In this document: positions 18,964-28,947 of the stretch, piece by piece
Layout: every line of letters begins with the position of its first letter
Position numbering within the stretch: position 1 is the stretch's first letter
Source of the DNA: Terriglobia bacterium
GTDB taxonomy: Bacteria > Acidobacteriota > Polarisedimenticolia > Polarisedimenticolales > JAIQFR01
Direction: 5' to 3'
Assembly (NCBI GenBank): GCA_963748015.1
Contig: CAVVHE010000008.1
Coordinates: 160,001-224,000 of the forward strand
Length of the DNA stretch: 64,000 nucleotides
Program-made: the position numbers and the translations under genes
Notes under the pieces: generated by a model
The model's input: the letters and a program-made list of their open reading frames with translations, nothing else
Database searches by the model: none
What the model was told of the DNA's origin: nothing

Positions 18964-21795
18964 GTGGAAGTCCGCTCCTCAGACCTCGGGGGCGAATCGC
19001 CGGGAGCCGGCCGCGATGCCACGCGCCGGCGGAGACTGGCCCGGGGAGGCTGGACCTTGAAGCTCAGGCTGGCGATCGTCCTGACCCTCGCGGCCCTCTC
19101 CGTGACGTACCGGGGCATGGGCTTCTACATGCGCTACTTCTCCCCGGACCTGCGGACGCGGTCCACGTTCGAGACCGAGTACAGAAAGGGCGCCATCACG
19201 GTGACCACGGCGGGGGAGGAGTGCCCTCGACCGAAGGACCAGCAGGCCGGCTGTACGGACCACGCGCATCCCGGCGACCGGATCGCGGAGGTCTACGACG
19301 GCAAGGGGAGAGGCGGCGCGGCGACCGGCCTCTTCTCGTACGGCACCTACCTCCGCCCGATCGGAAGCAAGGAATCGTGGACCATGGTGGTGGACCGACC
19401 GCTCGAAAGCGGCGGCTCGAGGCGGATCTCGCTCCACATGGCCCCGGCGATTCCCATCAAGTGGACTTTTCGCGAATGGGTGACGAGTCTCGGCTTCGGC
19501 GTCTACCTGCCGCTCCTCGCCCTGGCCGCTGGGCTGTTCATCGGCCTCCTCCGGCCCGAGAACCGTCAGGCGTTCCAGGCGGCGCTCGTCTTCCTCGGCT
19601 TCTCCCTGGTGTTCGGGCAGGACGTGTCGCAATTCCCGCCGGGCTGGAGGGAGGCGGCCCTCGTCCTGCGCGTGACCGCCACCGTTTTCGCGCCGTTCCT
19701 GATCCTGAAGTTCTTCCTCGAGTTCCCGCGCCGCTCCGCGATCGTGCGCCGGGCGCCGTGGCTCGTGCCGGCGTGCTTCGCCGTCTCCTGCGTGGCCTGG
19801 GTTTTCGGGCTGGCGTTCCAGGGCCTGATGGCCTACTCGTTCGACGCGTACGAGCGGTTCGCGGCGGGCCTCGGCGGCAGCGGCGCCCGCATGGTGGGAA
19901 CCGCAGCCGCGGCGGGCATGATCGTCGTCGCCCTGGTCGCGCTCGCGCTGAACACGGCGCGGGCGGAGTCGAGGGACGACCGGCGCAGGCTGATCCTGAT
20001 CCTGATCGGCGCTCTCGCGGGGCTGCTGCCGGTTCTCGTCCTCTATCTCTGGCCGAAGAAGGTGCCGGCGGCGGTTCTCCTCGTGTCGCTCCCGCTGATG
20101 GGACTCTTCCCCATCACGTTCGTGATGGCGGTCGTGCGCCACCGGATCTTCGGGATACGCCTCGTGCTGCGCCGGGGGCTGCAGTACGCCCTGCTCTCCC
20201 GCGGGTTCCTCGCGATCGAGGGGTTCGCGATCTTCCTGGCCCTCTACTTCGCGGTGGGCCCGCTGCTGGTCCGCTACGTTCCGGACTCCGCGCAGAGCGT
20301 CGCGTCCGTCGGGATCGCCGCGGTGACGCTCGGGCTCGTCTTCGGCACGCAGCGCGTGAACCGCCGGATCATGCCGATCATCGACCGCAGGTTCTTCCGC
20401 GACGCCTACGACGCCCAGAGGATCCTCACGGAGCTGGCGAAGGCGGTCCGCCACCTGGCGTCCCGCCCGGACCTCCTCCTGCAGAAGGTCACGGACGAGA
20501 TCTCGGCGGCGCTGCACCCCGATCACGTGGCGGTGTTCCTGCGGGAAGAGCCGTGGCCGCGGCTGTCGCCGATCCGGGACGCCGCCGCCGTCCGCTTCGA
20601 CGCGGGCGAGTCCGGGAAGGAAGGCGGCGAGCGGTTCGCGCTCCACGTGTACCGCCGGAGCACGGCGCCGCGGCCCGTGGGCGCGTGGCGGGAGAGGCTT
20701 GCGCCGGAGACGGTCCTGTTCGCGCGCCGCTCCGTGGCCCACGCGCTCGATGTCTCCGTCCACGGCGAGCCGGAGATCCTGGACGTGTTCGCGGCGTCGG
20801 GACCGGCGGCATCCACGGACGGCCGGCCCGCCGGCGCCGCGGGGTGTCTCGACGACGCGGAGCTGTTCCTTCGATTCGACGCGCGGATCGTCGTCCCGCT
20901 CGCGACCCAGGGCAGAGCGCTCGGCTTCCTCGTGCTGGGGCAGAAGCGCTCCGAGGAGCACTACACGAGCCAGGACCACCAGCTACTCCTCGGGGTGGCC
21001 GAACAGGTATCCATCGCGCTCGACTACAGCCGGATGATCGAACGGGTCGCCGAGCAGCAGAAGCTGGAGAGGGAGATCCAGATCGCGCAGGACGTGCAGG
21101 AGAGGCTCTTTCCCCAGGACCGGCCGGTGCTGTCCACGTTGAAGTGCGCCGGCACGTGCCGGACCGCCCGCGGGGTCGGTGGGGACTACTTCGACTTCCT
21201 GCGTTTGGGGCCCGACCTGCTCGGGCTCGTCGTGGCGGACATCGCCGGGAAGGGGCTGTCGGCCGCGCTCCTCATGGCGAGCCTCCAGGCCCTCGTGCGG
21301 AGCCACGCGGCCGCGCAGGCGGACGACGTCGGCGCGTTCGCGGGGGAGATCAACCGCCACCTGTGCGAGTCCACCGACGACGCGCGCTTCGCGACACTCT
21401 TCCTAGGCATTTACCACGACGACACCCGGCGGCTCCGCTACGTCAACGCCGGGCACAACCCTCCGATCCTGCTGCGGAGCGGCAGCGCGGCGCCGCTCTT
21501 GAGGCTGGTGCCGTCCGACACGATCCTCGGCTGCTTTCCGGAGCGCCGGTGGAGCGAGCAGGAGATCGGCCTCGAGCCCGGCGATCTCCTGGTGATCTTC
21601 TCCGACGGGATCGTCGAGGCGACGAACGCCGCGGACGAGCAGTTCGGGGACGACCGGCTCGTGGACCTCGTCGAGCGGAACGCCGGACTCGACGAGGAAG
21701 CCCTCATGGCGGCCATCCTGGGGGAGGTCGGCCGCTTCCTCGGCCCCGTCCCGCCCCAGGACGACATGACGCTCATCGTCGCGCGCATCCGCTGA
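18964..21795 (+). CDS. Membrane sensor with GAF domain and SpoIIE/PP2C phosphatase
   Basis: Multiple TMs, GAF-like region, GGDYFD, DIAGKG, SDGIVE and QDDMT motifs. Start uncertain. Confidence 0.88.
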   Translation: MEVRSSDLGGESPGAGRDATRRRRLARGGWTLKLRLAIVLTLAALSVTYRGMGFYMRYFSPDLRTRSTFETEYRKGAITVTTAGEECPRPKDQQAGCTDHAHPGDRIAEVYDGKGRGGAATGLFSYGTYLRPIGSKESWTMVVDRPLESGGSRRISLHMAPAIPIKWTFREWVTSLGFGVYLPLLALAAGLFIGLLRPENRQAFQAALVFLGFSLVFGQDVSQFPPGWREAALVLRVTATVFAPFLILKFFLEFPRRSAIVRRAPWLVPACFAVSCVAWVFGLAFQGLMAYSFDAYERFAAGLGGSGARMVGTAAAAGMIVVALVALALNTARAESRDDRRRLILILIGALAGLLPVLVLYLWPKKVPAAVLLVSLPLMGLFPITFVMAVVRHRIFGIRLVLRRGLQYALLSRGFLAIEGFAIFLALYFAVGPLLVRYVPDSAQSVASVGIAAVTLGLVFGTQRVNRRIMPIIDRRFFRDAYDAQRILTELAKAVRHLASRPDLLLQKVTDEISAALHPDHVAVFLREEPWPRLSPIRDAAAVRFDAGESGKEGGERFALHVYRRSTAPRPVGAWRERLAPETVLFARRSVAHALDVSVHGEPEILDVFAASGPAASTDGRPAGAAGCLDDAELFLRFDARIVVPLATQGRALGFLVLGQKRSEEHYTSQDHQLLLGVAEQVSIALDYSRMIERVAEQQKLEREIQIAQDVQERLFPQDRPVLSTLKCAGTCRTARGVGGDYFDFLRLGPDLLGLVVADIAGKGLSAALLMASLQALVRSHAAAQADDVGAFAGEINRHLCESTDDARFATLFLGIYHDDTRRLRYVNAGHNPPILLRSGSAAPLLRLVPSDTILGCFPERRWSEQEIGLEPGDLLVIFSDGIVEATNAADEQFGDDRLVDLVERNAGLDEEALMAAILGEVGRFLGPVPPQDDMTLIVARIR

Positions 21796-21836
21796 TCCGG
21801 GAGGCGGCTCCGGATCGGGGTGGGCGCGTCGCCTCT

Positions 21837-22934
21837 CTATCGCGCGACGGCCGCCGCGGCCTCGGCGAGCGCGGCCTCGAAGAGCGCGTCCCTCGAGGTC
21901 CGCTCCAGCTCGCGGCAGAGAAGGGCGGCGTCGTCCAACTCCCCGAGCTTCAGCGACGCGGGGAGGGGACAGGTCCCCTCGACCTCCACGGTGAGCCTGA
22001 CGATGTCGGCACCCGCGGCCGTCCGTTCCGCGCGGAACCGCGCGGGAGGCTCGCCACCCGGAGCGTCGATGCGCACGGCGACCAGGTCGCCGCGCCCGGC
22101 CGCGGCGTCGCACGACGCGAGCCCCCGAACGGCCTTGCGATCCCGGCGGCGCCAGGCCCAGCCCTTCGAGGCGCGAGACCACGAAAGACGCGACGCGAGC
22201 CAGCCCACGAGGTACGCCGCGGCGACCGTCGAGCCCGTCGGGCCGGCCGGGCCCCCGGCGATCACCTCCACGCCCGCGATGCCCTCCAGATGGCGCCGGG
22301 TCAGCGGCGAATCGAAGAACGAGGCGACCGCCTCGCGCCACCGCTCGAGGCGCGTCCACGCGAGGTCGCCGGCGCTCCCGCGCCAGCGGGCGAGCCGCGA
22401 GAGCGCCGCGAGCTCGCGCAGCGCCTCGGCCGGGTCGGCATGCCGCGCGGCGTCCACGAGGAATCGGTCGGACAACCTCGCGAGCGGCTCCCAGAGAGGG
22501 TCCGCGGCGAACGCCGCGCGCCGCCACCAGACGAACACCGGCGTGTCCTCGACCAGCAGCCTCAGGACCGTGGCCGGTACCAGCGGCAACGCCGAGCGGG
22601 ACGCTTCGAGAGTCACCTGCTCGCTGCAGACGACGGCTCCGCCCGGCCCGCGGTGGCAGTGCGCGGACACGAAGACCGCGAGCGGCTCGGCGGGCCGCGC
22701 GGTCTCCCGCACTCCCGAGAGGACGATCGCCCGGCCCGGGTGGTTCTCGGACAGGAGCGCCACGACCTTCGTCGCCTCGCGGGCGTCCTCGGCCGTGTCG
22801 CACGCGACCACGAGGGTATGCATGGAGGCGCGGACGACCGGCTGCTCCTCGGACGACGCGGCGCGCCACATCTCGGCGAGCTTCCGCTCGACCGACTCGA
22901 CGTCGCCGGCGCCGACCGGCTCGAGGCTCTCCAT
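21837..22934 (-). CDS. opcA: Glucose-6-phosphate dehydrogenase assembly protein OpcA
   Basis: HPGRAIVL, CSEQVTL, DLAWTRLERWR motifs. Translationally coupled to zwf. Confidence 0.88.
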   Translation of the reverse strand: MESLEPVGAGDVESVERKLAEMWRAASSEEQPVVRASMHTLVVACDTAEDAREATKVVALLSENHPGRAIVLSGVRETARPAEPLAVFVSAHCHRGPGGAVVCSEQVTLEASRSALPLVPATVLRLLVEDTPVFVWWRRAAFAADPLWEPLARLSDRFLVDAARHADPAEALRELAALSRLARWRGSAGDLAWTRLERWREAVASFFDSPLTRRHLEGIAGVEVIAGGPAGPTGSTVAAAYLVGWLASRLSWSRASKGWAWRRRDRKAVRGLASCDAAAGRGDLVAVRIDAPGGEPPARFRAERTAAGADIVRLTVEVEGTCPLPASLKLGELDDAALLCRELERTSRDALFEAALAEAAAAVAR

Positions 22935-24466
22935 CACAGCCTCCGCCACGCGCGCCCGTCGCGCTCGAGGAGCGCGTCGGCTTCGGGCGGGCCCCAGCTT
23001 CCGGCGGGATACTCCGCGGGCGCCCCGCCCGCCGCGGCCCACCCGCTCTCGATCGGATCGATCCACGCCCAGCACGCTTCGACCTCGTCGCGGCGGATGA
23101 ACAGCGTCGGGTCGCCGAGGATCGCGTCGAGCAGCAGCCGCTCGTAGGCTTCCGGCGGCTCCTGGCCGAAGGAGGTGCCGTACCGGAATTCCATGGCGAC
23201 CGGCTGGATCCTGGCCTCCGGCCCGGGGACCTTGGAGTCGAAGCGCAGGGTGATCCCCTCGTCCGGCTGGATCCTGAGGGCGAGGGTGTTCGCGTCGGGC
23301 CCGGCGCCGCGGCCGAACAGCTTGAGGGGTACCTGGCGGAAGGTCAGCGCGATCTCCGTGACGCGCTTCGGGAGCCGCTTGCCGGATCGAAGGTAGAACG
23401 GGACGCCCGCCCAGCGCCAGTTGTCCACGAAGACGCGGAGCGCCGCGTAGGTCTCGGTCCTCGAATCCCCGGCCACGCCCGGCTCCTCGAGATAGCCGGG
23501 GACCGCGCGACCCCCCGACGCTCCCGCCGCGTACCTTCCGCGCACCGACACGGCGGGGGCGCGCTCCGGGGGCACGGGACGAAGGGCGCGGAGCACCTTG
23601 ACCTTCTCGTCCCGGATCGCGTCCGCGTCGAGGGACACCGGCGGCTCCATCGCGGTGAGGCAGAGGAGCTGGAACATGTGGTTCTGCACGATGTCGCGGA
23701 GGATGCCGGCCTCCTCGAAGTAATCGCCCCGGCCCTCGACGCCGAGCGTCTCCGCGACGGCGATCTGGACGTGGTCCACGTACCCCCGGCCCCACAGCGG
23801 CTCGAAGATCGCGTTGCCGAACCGGAAGACCATCAGGTTCTGCACGGTCTCCTTGCCGAGGTAATGGTCGATCCGGAACACGTCGCGCTCCTCGAAAGCG
23901 GAGTGGATCTCGGCGTTGAGGGCGCGCGCGGTCGCGAGGTCGCGCCCGAACGGCTTCTCGACGACCACGCGCGCGAAGGTCCCTCCCGCTCCGGGCCGGC
24001 CGAGCCCCGAGAGCGCGAGGTTGCGGACGATCGTCGGGTAGGCCGACGGGGGCGTGGCGAGGTAGAAGAGGCGGTTGCCGCCGGTCCCGCGCTCGCGGTC
24101 GAGCCGCGCGAGGTGGTCCGCGAGGCGCCGGTATCCGTCGGCGTCCTCGAACGAGCAGGGCACGTACGAGATCCTCGGCGCCATCTCCTTCCAGAGATCG
24201 AGGTCGAGCGGCCGCCTCGAGTTCCGCACGATCCCGTCCCGGATCGCGTCGGCGAAGGCCGAGTCGGACAGCGGGCGCCGCGCCGCGCCGACGAGCGCTA
24301 GGCCCGCGGGGAGCAGGCGGTCGAGGTGGAGGTTGTAGAGGGCGGGGACGAGCTTGCGGCGGGTCAGATCGCCCGACGCGCCGAAGATGACGACGGAGCA
24401 AGGCGCGGCGGCGCGCTCGCGCCTCAGGCCGGTCCGCAGCGGGTTCGTCTCGAGAGCGGCTTCCAC
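22934..24466 (-). CDS. zwf: Glucose-6-phosphate 1-dehydrogenase
   Basis: GASGDLT, RIDHYLGKE, RWAGVPFYLRSGK. Confidence 0.97.
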   Translation of the reverse strand: MEAALETNPLRTGLRRERAAAPCSVVIFGASGDLTRRKLVPALYNLHLDRLLPAGLALVGAARRPLSDSAFADAIRDGIVRNSRRPLDLDLWKEMAPRISYVPCSFEDADGYRRLADHLARLDRERGTGGNRLFYLATPPSAYPTIVRNLALSGLGRPGAGGTFARVVVEKPFGRDLATARALNAEIHSAFEERDVFRIDHYLGKETVQNLMVFRFGNAIFEPLWGRGYVDHVQIAVAETLGVEGRGDYFEEAGILRDIVQNHMFQLLCLTAMEPPVSLDADAIRDEKVKVLRALRPVPPERAPAVSVRGRYAAGASGGRAVPGYLEEPGVAGDSRTETYAALRVFVDNWRWAGVPFYLRSGKRLPKRVTEIALTFRQVPLKLFGRGAGPDANTLALRIQPDEGITLRFDSKVPGPEARIQPVAMEFRYGTSFGQEPPEAYERLLLDAILGDPTLFIRRDEVEACWAWIDPIESGWAAAGGAPAEYPAGSWGPPEADALLERDGRAWRRL

Positions 24467-24470
24467 ACCC

Positions 24471-25370
24471 TCACCCCGTCTTCTTCACGGCGTGCCCGCC
24501 GAACTCGTTCCGGAGCGCCGCGATGACCTTGGCCGAGAACGACTCGTCCTGCCTCGACGCGAAGCGGGCCAGGAGCGACAGCGTGAGCACCGGCGCGGGG
24601 ACGTCGAGGTCCATCGCCTCCTGCACCGTCCAGCGCCCCTCGCCGGAGTCCTCCACGTAGCCGCGGAGGGACTCGAGCCGCGGATCCCTCTCGAACGCCC
24701 GCTCGGCCAGCTCGAGGAGCCACGACCTCACGACGCTCCCGTGGTTCCAGAGGCGCGAGACCTCGCCGAGGTCGTACGCGAACCGGCTGCGCTCGAGGAT
24801 CTCGAACCCCTCGCCGTAGGCCTGCAGCATCCCGTACTCGATCCCGTTGTGGATCATCTTCGCGAAGTGTCCCGATCCCACGGGGCCGGTGCGGAGGTAG
24901 CCTCCCTCCGGCGCGAGATCGCGAAGGACCGGTTCCGCGCGGCGGAAGTGCGCCTCGTCGCCCCCGACCATCAGGCAGTAGCCGTTCTCGAGCCCCCAGA
25001 TCCCCCCGCTCGTCCCCGCGTCCAGGAAGCCGATCCCCTCGGCCTCGAGCCGCTTCCCTCGCCGCATCGAGTCGTGGTAGTTCGAGTTCCCGCCGTCCAC
25101 CACGATGTCGCCGGTTGCCAGTCCGGGCGCCAGCCCGGCGAGAACCTCGTCCACGACGGGTCCCGAGGGGACCATGAGCCAGATCAGCCTGGGCCGCGAG
25201 AGGGTCGCGAGCAGCTCCGTCGCGCTCGGCACGGGCTTCCCCCCCGCCTCGCTCAGCCTCGCGAGCGAGTCCGCTTTCTTCGCCGTTCCCACCACCGAAT
25301 GGCCCCGGCGAATCAGCCGGGTCGCCATGTTGAGCCCCATCCTTCCGAGACCGATCATCCCGAGTTCCAT
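24471..25370 (-). CDS. gnd: 6-phosphogluconate dehydrogenase (decarboxylating, short form)
   Basis: GLGRMG, DGGNS, KMIHNGIEYG, LRNEFGGH. Confidence 0.95.
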   Translation of the reverse strand: MELGMIGLGRMGLNMATRLIRRGHSVVGTAKKADSLARLSEAGGKPVPSATELLATLSRPRLIWLMVPSGPVVDEVLAGLAPGLATGDIVVDGGNSNYHDSMRRGKRLEAEGIGFLDAGTSGGIWGLENGYCLMVGGDEAHFRRAEPVLRDLAPEGGYLRTGPVGSGHFAKMIHNGIEYGMLQAYGEGFEILERSRFAYDLGEVSRLWNHGSVVRSWLLELAERAFERDPRLESLRGYVEDSGEGRWTVQEAMDLDVPAPVLTLSLLARFASRQDESFSAKVIAALRNEFGGHAVKKTG

Positions 25371-25492
25371 GCGAGCTCCTCGCGGCCATGCAACCCGCCG
25401 CCCGCCTACTTTACCCCCGCGCGAGAGAAGCCGGCCGCCGCCCCTACAAATCGAGCGCGTTCCGCACCATAATGGTCGCTCCCGGAGACCTC

Positions 25493-26359
25493 ATGAAGCT
25501 GCCGATACCGCCCATCATCCTCGCGCTCGCGCTGGCGCTGCTGCTGGCGGCGCCCTTCGCGTTCCTCGCGGGGCGCCGGGGGGGGCGCCACCGCGGGATG
25601 CCCGGGTGGGTCGGCTTCTGGGTGTTCTTCTCCGGTCTCCTCGTGATTCTCTCGCGGGCCGAGATCTGGTTCTCGTTCCCGGTCCTCGGGGTGCTGATGT
25701 TCATGGCGCTCCGGGAGTACTTCTTCCTCGCGCCGGTCCGGCCGCACGACCGGTGGGCGATCCTCGCGGCCTACCTCTCGATCCCGTGCGCGCTGTTCCC
25801 GGCGGTGGCCGACGACCTTTCGCTGTTTGTGGCCATCGTGCCGGTCGGTCTCCTCCTGCTGTTCCCGGTGCTCCTCACGTTCGGCCCGAGGCAGCCGGGG
25901 CTGCTGGACTCCGTCGGGCGCGTGCTCCTCGCGGCGCTGGTGTTCGTGGTCGCCGGGGCGCACCTCGGCCTCATGGCGCACCAGCCGCACGGGCGGCTCG
26001 AGCTGTTCGCGATCCTCGTGCTGTTCGCCGAGCTTCCCCAGCGCGTGGCCGGCCGGCCGCGCCCCGGAGGCGAGATGCTCCGCCCCGCGATCGGCGTCGC
26101 GCTGGCGCTCGTGATCTGCTCGGGCATCGGGTGGTGGCTCGGACCGCTCGGCGCCGTGACGCGGCAGCAGGGGACGATCGCCGGGGCGCTGGTCGCGCTG
26201 GCGGTGACGGCGGGCGCGAGCGTCGCCGACGCGGTGGCGCAGGACCTCGGCCTCGGAGTCGCCTCGTCGCGCTTCGGGCGGGGGGCGTTCCTCGATCGAG
26301 CGATCCCCGCCCTCTACGCCGCTCCGGTCTGCTACCACTACTTCCGGTACTTCCTCTGA
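25493..26359 (+). CDS. Phosphatidate cytidylyltransferase-like membrane protein (divergent)
   Basis: Polytopic; ALREYF and C-terminal GAFLDR resemble the CTP_transf_1 motifs. Adjacent to plsC. Confidence 0.6.
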   Translation: MKLPIPPIILALALALLLAAPFAFLAGRRGGRHRGMPGWVGFWVFFSGLLVILSRAEIWFSFPVLGVLMFMALREYFFLAPVRPHDRWAILAAYLSIPCALFPAVADDLSLFVAIVPVGLLLLFPVLLTFGPRQPGLLDSVGRVLLAALVFVVAGAHLGLMAHQPHGRLELFAILVLFAELPQRVAGRPRPGGEMLRPAIGVALALVICSGIGWWLGPLGAVTRQQGTIAGALVALAVTAGASVADAVAQDLGLGVASSRFGRGAFLDRAIPALYAAPVCYHYFRYFL

Positions 26360-26364
26360 TCGCC

Positions 26365-27822
26365 ATGCGCCGGCTGCTTCGAACCGCCGCGGTCATTACC
26401 TTCCAGGCGCTCGTCGTCCGGCCGGTGATCCTCTGGTTCGTGGGCGTTCGGTACCGCAGGCGGAGCCTCGTCCCGAAAGGCCCCTGCCTCGTCGTCGCGA
26501 ACCACAACTCCCATCTCGACGCGGCCGTGCTCCTCTCGCTCTTCCCGCTGCGGCGCGTCGCCCAAGTGCACCCGGTGGCCGCCGCGGACTACTTCGGGAA
26601 GACGTGGCTTCGGCGCGCGATGGCGCTCCTCTTCATGAACGGCATCCCGATCGAGCGCACCGCGCGGGGCGGCACGGACACGCTGCAGCCGATGATCCAG
26701 GCGCTCAGGGACGGCGAGAGCCTGATCTTCTTCCCCGAGGGAAGCCGGGGCGAGGCGGGCGTCGTCGCGCCTTTCCGCGCGGGGGTCGGCCGGATCGTGC
26801 AGTCGGTCCCGGGACTGCTGGTCGTGCCGGTGTTCCTCACCGGCCCCGAGCGCATCTGGCCGCGCGGACAGAAGATCCCCGTCCCCCTCGGGATCGACGC
26901 CAACGTCGGCAAGCCGCGCGCGTACCCTCACGACGCGGAGGCGCGCGACATCGCCGACCAGGTTCGCAACGACGTCCTGGCACTCGCGCCGCCCCCGGCG
27001 CCGGTACCCGGCCCGCGCCCCGCTCCGCCGGTTCGCGCGGCGGTCTGCGGGATCGATCCCACGAGCCGCGGCGCGCTCGCGGTCGCGCTCGTGCGGCGCC
27101 TCGGGGAGTCCGGGCGGACGGTCGGGATCGCCGAGCCCGCGCTCGAGGCGGACGCCGGCGGCGTGAGGGAGCTGGCGGGAGGCATCCCGGTGGCGAGGAG
27201 CCGGGCGTGGATCGCGTTCCTCGCGTGGCTGTTCCGCACGGGCGGGCTCTACCGCGGCTCCAGGTTCGCGGAGATGGTCGAGCACTCGCGGATGGACGAG
27301 TCGCTCGAAAACGGCAGGTCCGCGCGGTTCGTGGTGGACGACGGCAGCGCCCTGGTGGACCTCCTGGCATGGGCCGAGGCCGACTTCTACCGGGGGAAGT
27401 TCGACGAGCGCGACGTGCACCACGCGATCGGGTACCTCTCCGGCGAGCGCCGGATCCCCGTCCGGAAGTGGTGGACCTTCGCGCGAAAGACCCCCGGCGT
27501 GTGGCTCCTCAACGTGTTCGGCCTCGCCCGGCTCGAGGCGCCATCCGTCCTGGTGCTGGTCGCGACGCCTCCCGCCGAGGTCATGGAGCGCCGCCGGGCC
27601 GCGGGAGCGCCGCTCGAGCCGCACGAGAACGAGGAGTTCCTCGAGAAGCTCCAGGAGGCCTACCGGGAAGTCGCGGCACTCCTCAAGCGGCGAGGGGTCG
27701 AGGTGTTCGAGGTCGAGGCGCCCGCGCTGTCGGCGGAAGCGGGCGTCGGAAAGGCGGCGGAGGCCTGCCTGCGCCTCGCCGACGGGCCGGGCTCCCCCGC
27801 GGAATCCGCGCCGGCAAGATAA
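26365..27822 (+). CDS. 1-acyl-sn-glycerol-3-phosphate acyltransferase fused to a thymidylate-kinase-like domain
   Basis: NHNSHLD and FPEGSR in the N-terminal domain. C-terminal domain resembles dNMP kinases. Confidence 0.8.
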   Translation: MRRLLRTAAVITFQALVVRPVILWFVGVRYRRRSLVPKGPCLVVANHNSHLDAAVLLSLFPLRRVAQVHPVAAADYFGKTWLRRAMALLFMNGIPIERTARGGTDTLQPMIQALRDGESLIFFPEGSRGEAGVVAPFRAGVGRIVQSVPGLLVVPVFLTGPERIWPRGQKIPVPLGIDANVGKPRAYPHDAEARDIADQVRNDVLALAPPPAPVPGPRPAPPVRAAVCGIDPTSRGALAVALVRRLGESGRTVGIAEPALEADAGGVRELAGGIPVARSRAWIAFLAWLFRTGGLYRGSRFAEMVEHSRMDESLENGRSARFVVDDGSALVDLLAWAEADFYRGKFDERDVHHAIGYLSGERRIPVRKWWTFARKTPGVWLLNVFGLARLEAPSVLVLVATPPAEVMERRRAAGAPLEPHENEEFLEKLQEAYREVAALLKRRGVEVFEVEAPALSAEAGVGKAAEACLRLADGPGSPAESAPAR

Positions 27823-27846
27823 GCGCAGGCCACAGGGAGGTGGGGC

Positions 27847-28803
27847 ATGACGGGTCTCGAAAGGGCGTGCACGATCGCGCTCAGGGATTGCCTCGGTGTG
27901 AAGCCGGGCGAGTCGCTGCTCGTGGTCACGGACGGCGAGCTCGCGGCGATCGGGCGCGCGCTCCTCGACGCGGGGCGGAAGCTCACCGACCGCGCGTTCT
28001 ACCTCGAGATCCCCGCGGGGGGCGTGCCGGGGAGCGAGCCGCCGCCCGGCGTCGCGGAGCTGATGGCGCGCGTGAGCGCGGTCGTGGCCCCGACGAGCCG
28101 CTCGCTGACCCATACCGAGGCGCGGCGTTCGGCCTGCGCCGCCGGCGCGCGCGTCGCCACGATGCCGGGGATCACCGAGGACACGCTGGTGCGCTGCCTC
28201 GACGCCGACGTGCACGCGATCGCGCGGCGCGCCGACCGGGTGGCCGAGATCTTGACGCGCGGGAAGGTCGCGAGGGTCACGAATCCCGCCGGGACCGACG
28301 TCACGCTGCCGATCGAGGGGATCAAGGCGATCGCGTCGCGTGGGCTGATCCTCGAGGCCGGGCAGTTCGGGAACCTCCCGTCCGGCGAGGCCTACCTGAT
28401 GCCGGTGGAGGGGGCGGCGCAGGGGATCGTGGTCGTGGACGGCGCGATGGCGGGCTTGGGCGTGATCGAGGACGAGCCGATCCGGATCCGCGTGGTGGAC
28501 GGCCTCGCGGTGGAGGTGAGCGGCGGAGAGGAGGCCCGTAGGCTCCTGGCGCTCATGGACAAGGCCGGGCCGGACGCCCGCAACGTCGCGGAGCTCGGAG
28601 TCGGCACCAACGACCGGGCGAGGATCACCGGGACGATCCTCGAGGACGAGAAGATCCTCGGCACCGTGCACATCGCCTTCGGCAACAACGCCTCGATGGG
28701 CGGCACGGTGAAGGTCCCGTTCCACCTCGACGGCGTGATCCTCGCCCCCACCCTCGTCGTGGACGGCGAGATCCTGCTCGAGGACGGCAACCCGCGCTTC
28801 TGA
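27847..28803 (+). CDS. Aminopeptidase, peptidase M29 family
   Basis: NLPSGEA, AELGVGTN, EDEKILGTVHIAFG. Confidence 0.9.
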   Translation: MTGLERACTIALRDCLGVKPGESLLVVTDGELAAIGRALLDAGRKLTDRAFYLEIPAGGVPGSEPPPGVAELMARVSAVVAPTSRSLTHTEARRSACAAGARVATMPGITEDTLVRCLDADVHAIARRADRVAEILTRGKVARVTNPAGTDVTLPIEGIKAIASRGLILEAGQFGNLPSGEAYLMPVEGAAQGIVVVDGAMAGLGVIEDEPIRIRVVDGLAVEVSGGEEARRLLALMDKAGPDARNVAELGVGTNDRARITGTILEDEKILGTVHIAFGNNASMGGTVKVPFHLDGVILAPTLVVDGEILLEDGNPRF

Positions 28804-28947
28804 TGCGCGGAATCCATCGGTAAATGCGCCGGGGCGCGCAGACCGCACCGGAAAGGTACGGTTTCGAGCCCCGGCGCGCCGCCTCCCGCCGTTGCACGGA
28901 CCTTGCTTCTCTAGTAACCCTGTCCTCCAAATACCGGAGAAGCGCTC

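Noticed and set aside
19221..23147. Very long alternative-frame ORFs (e.g. 1308 aa here, 1168 aa at 26338-29844, 912 aa at 46564-49302)
   Set aside because: These are Arg/Pro/Gly-rich shadow ORFs, expected in high-GC DNA, that overlap well-supported genes.
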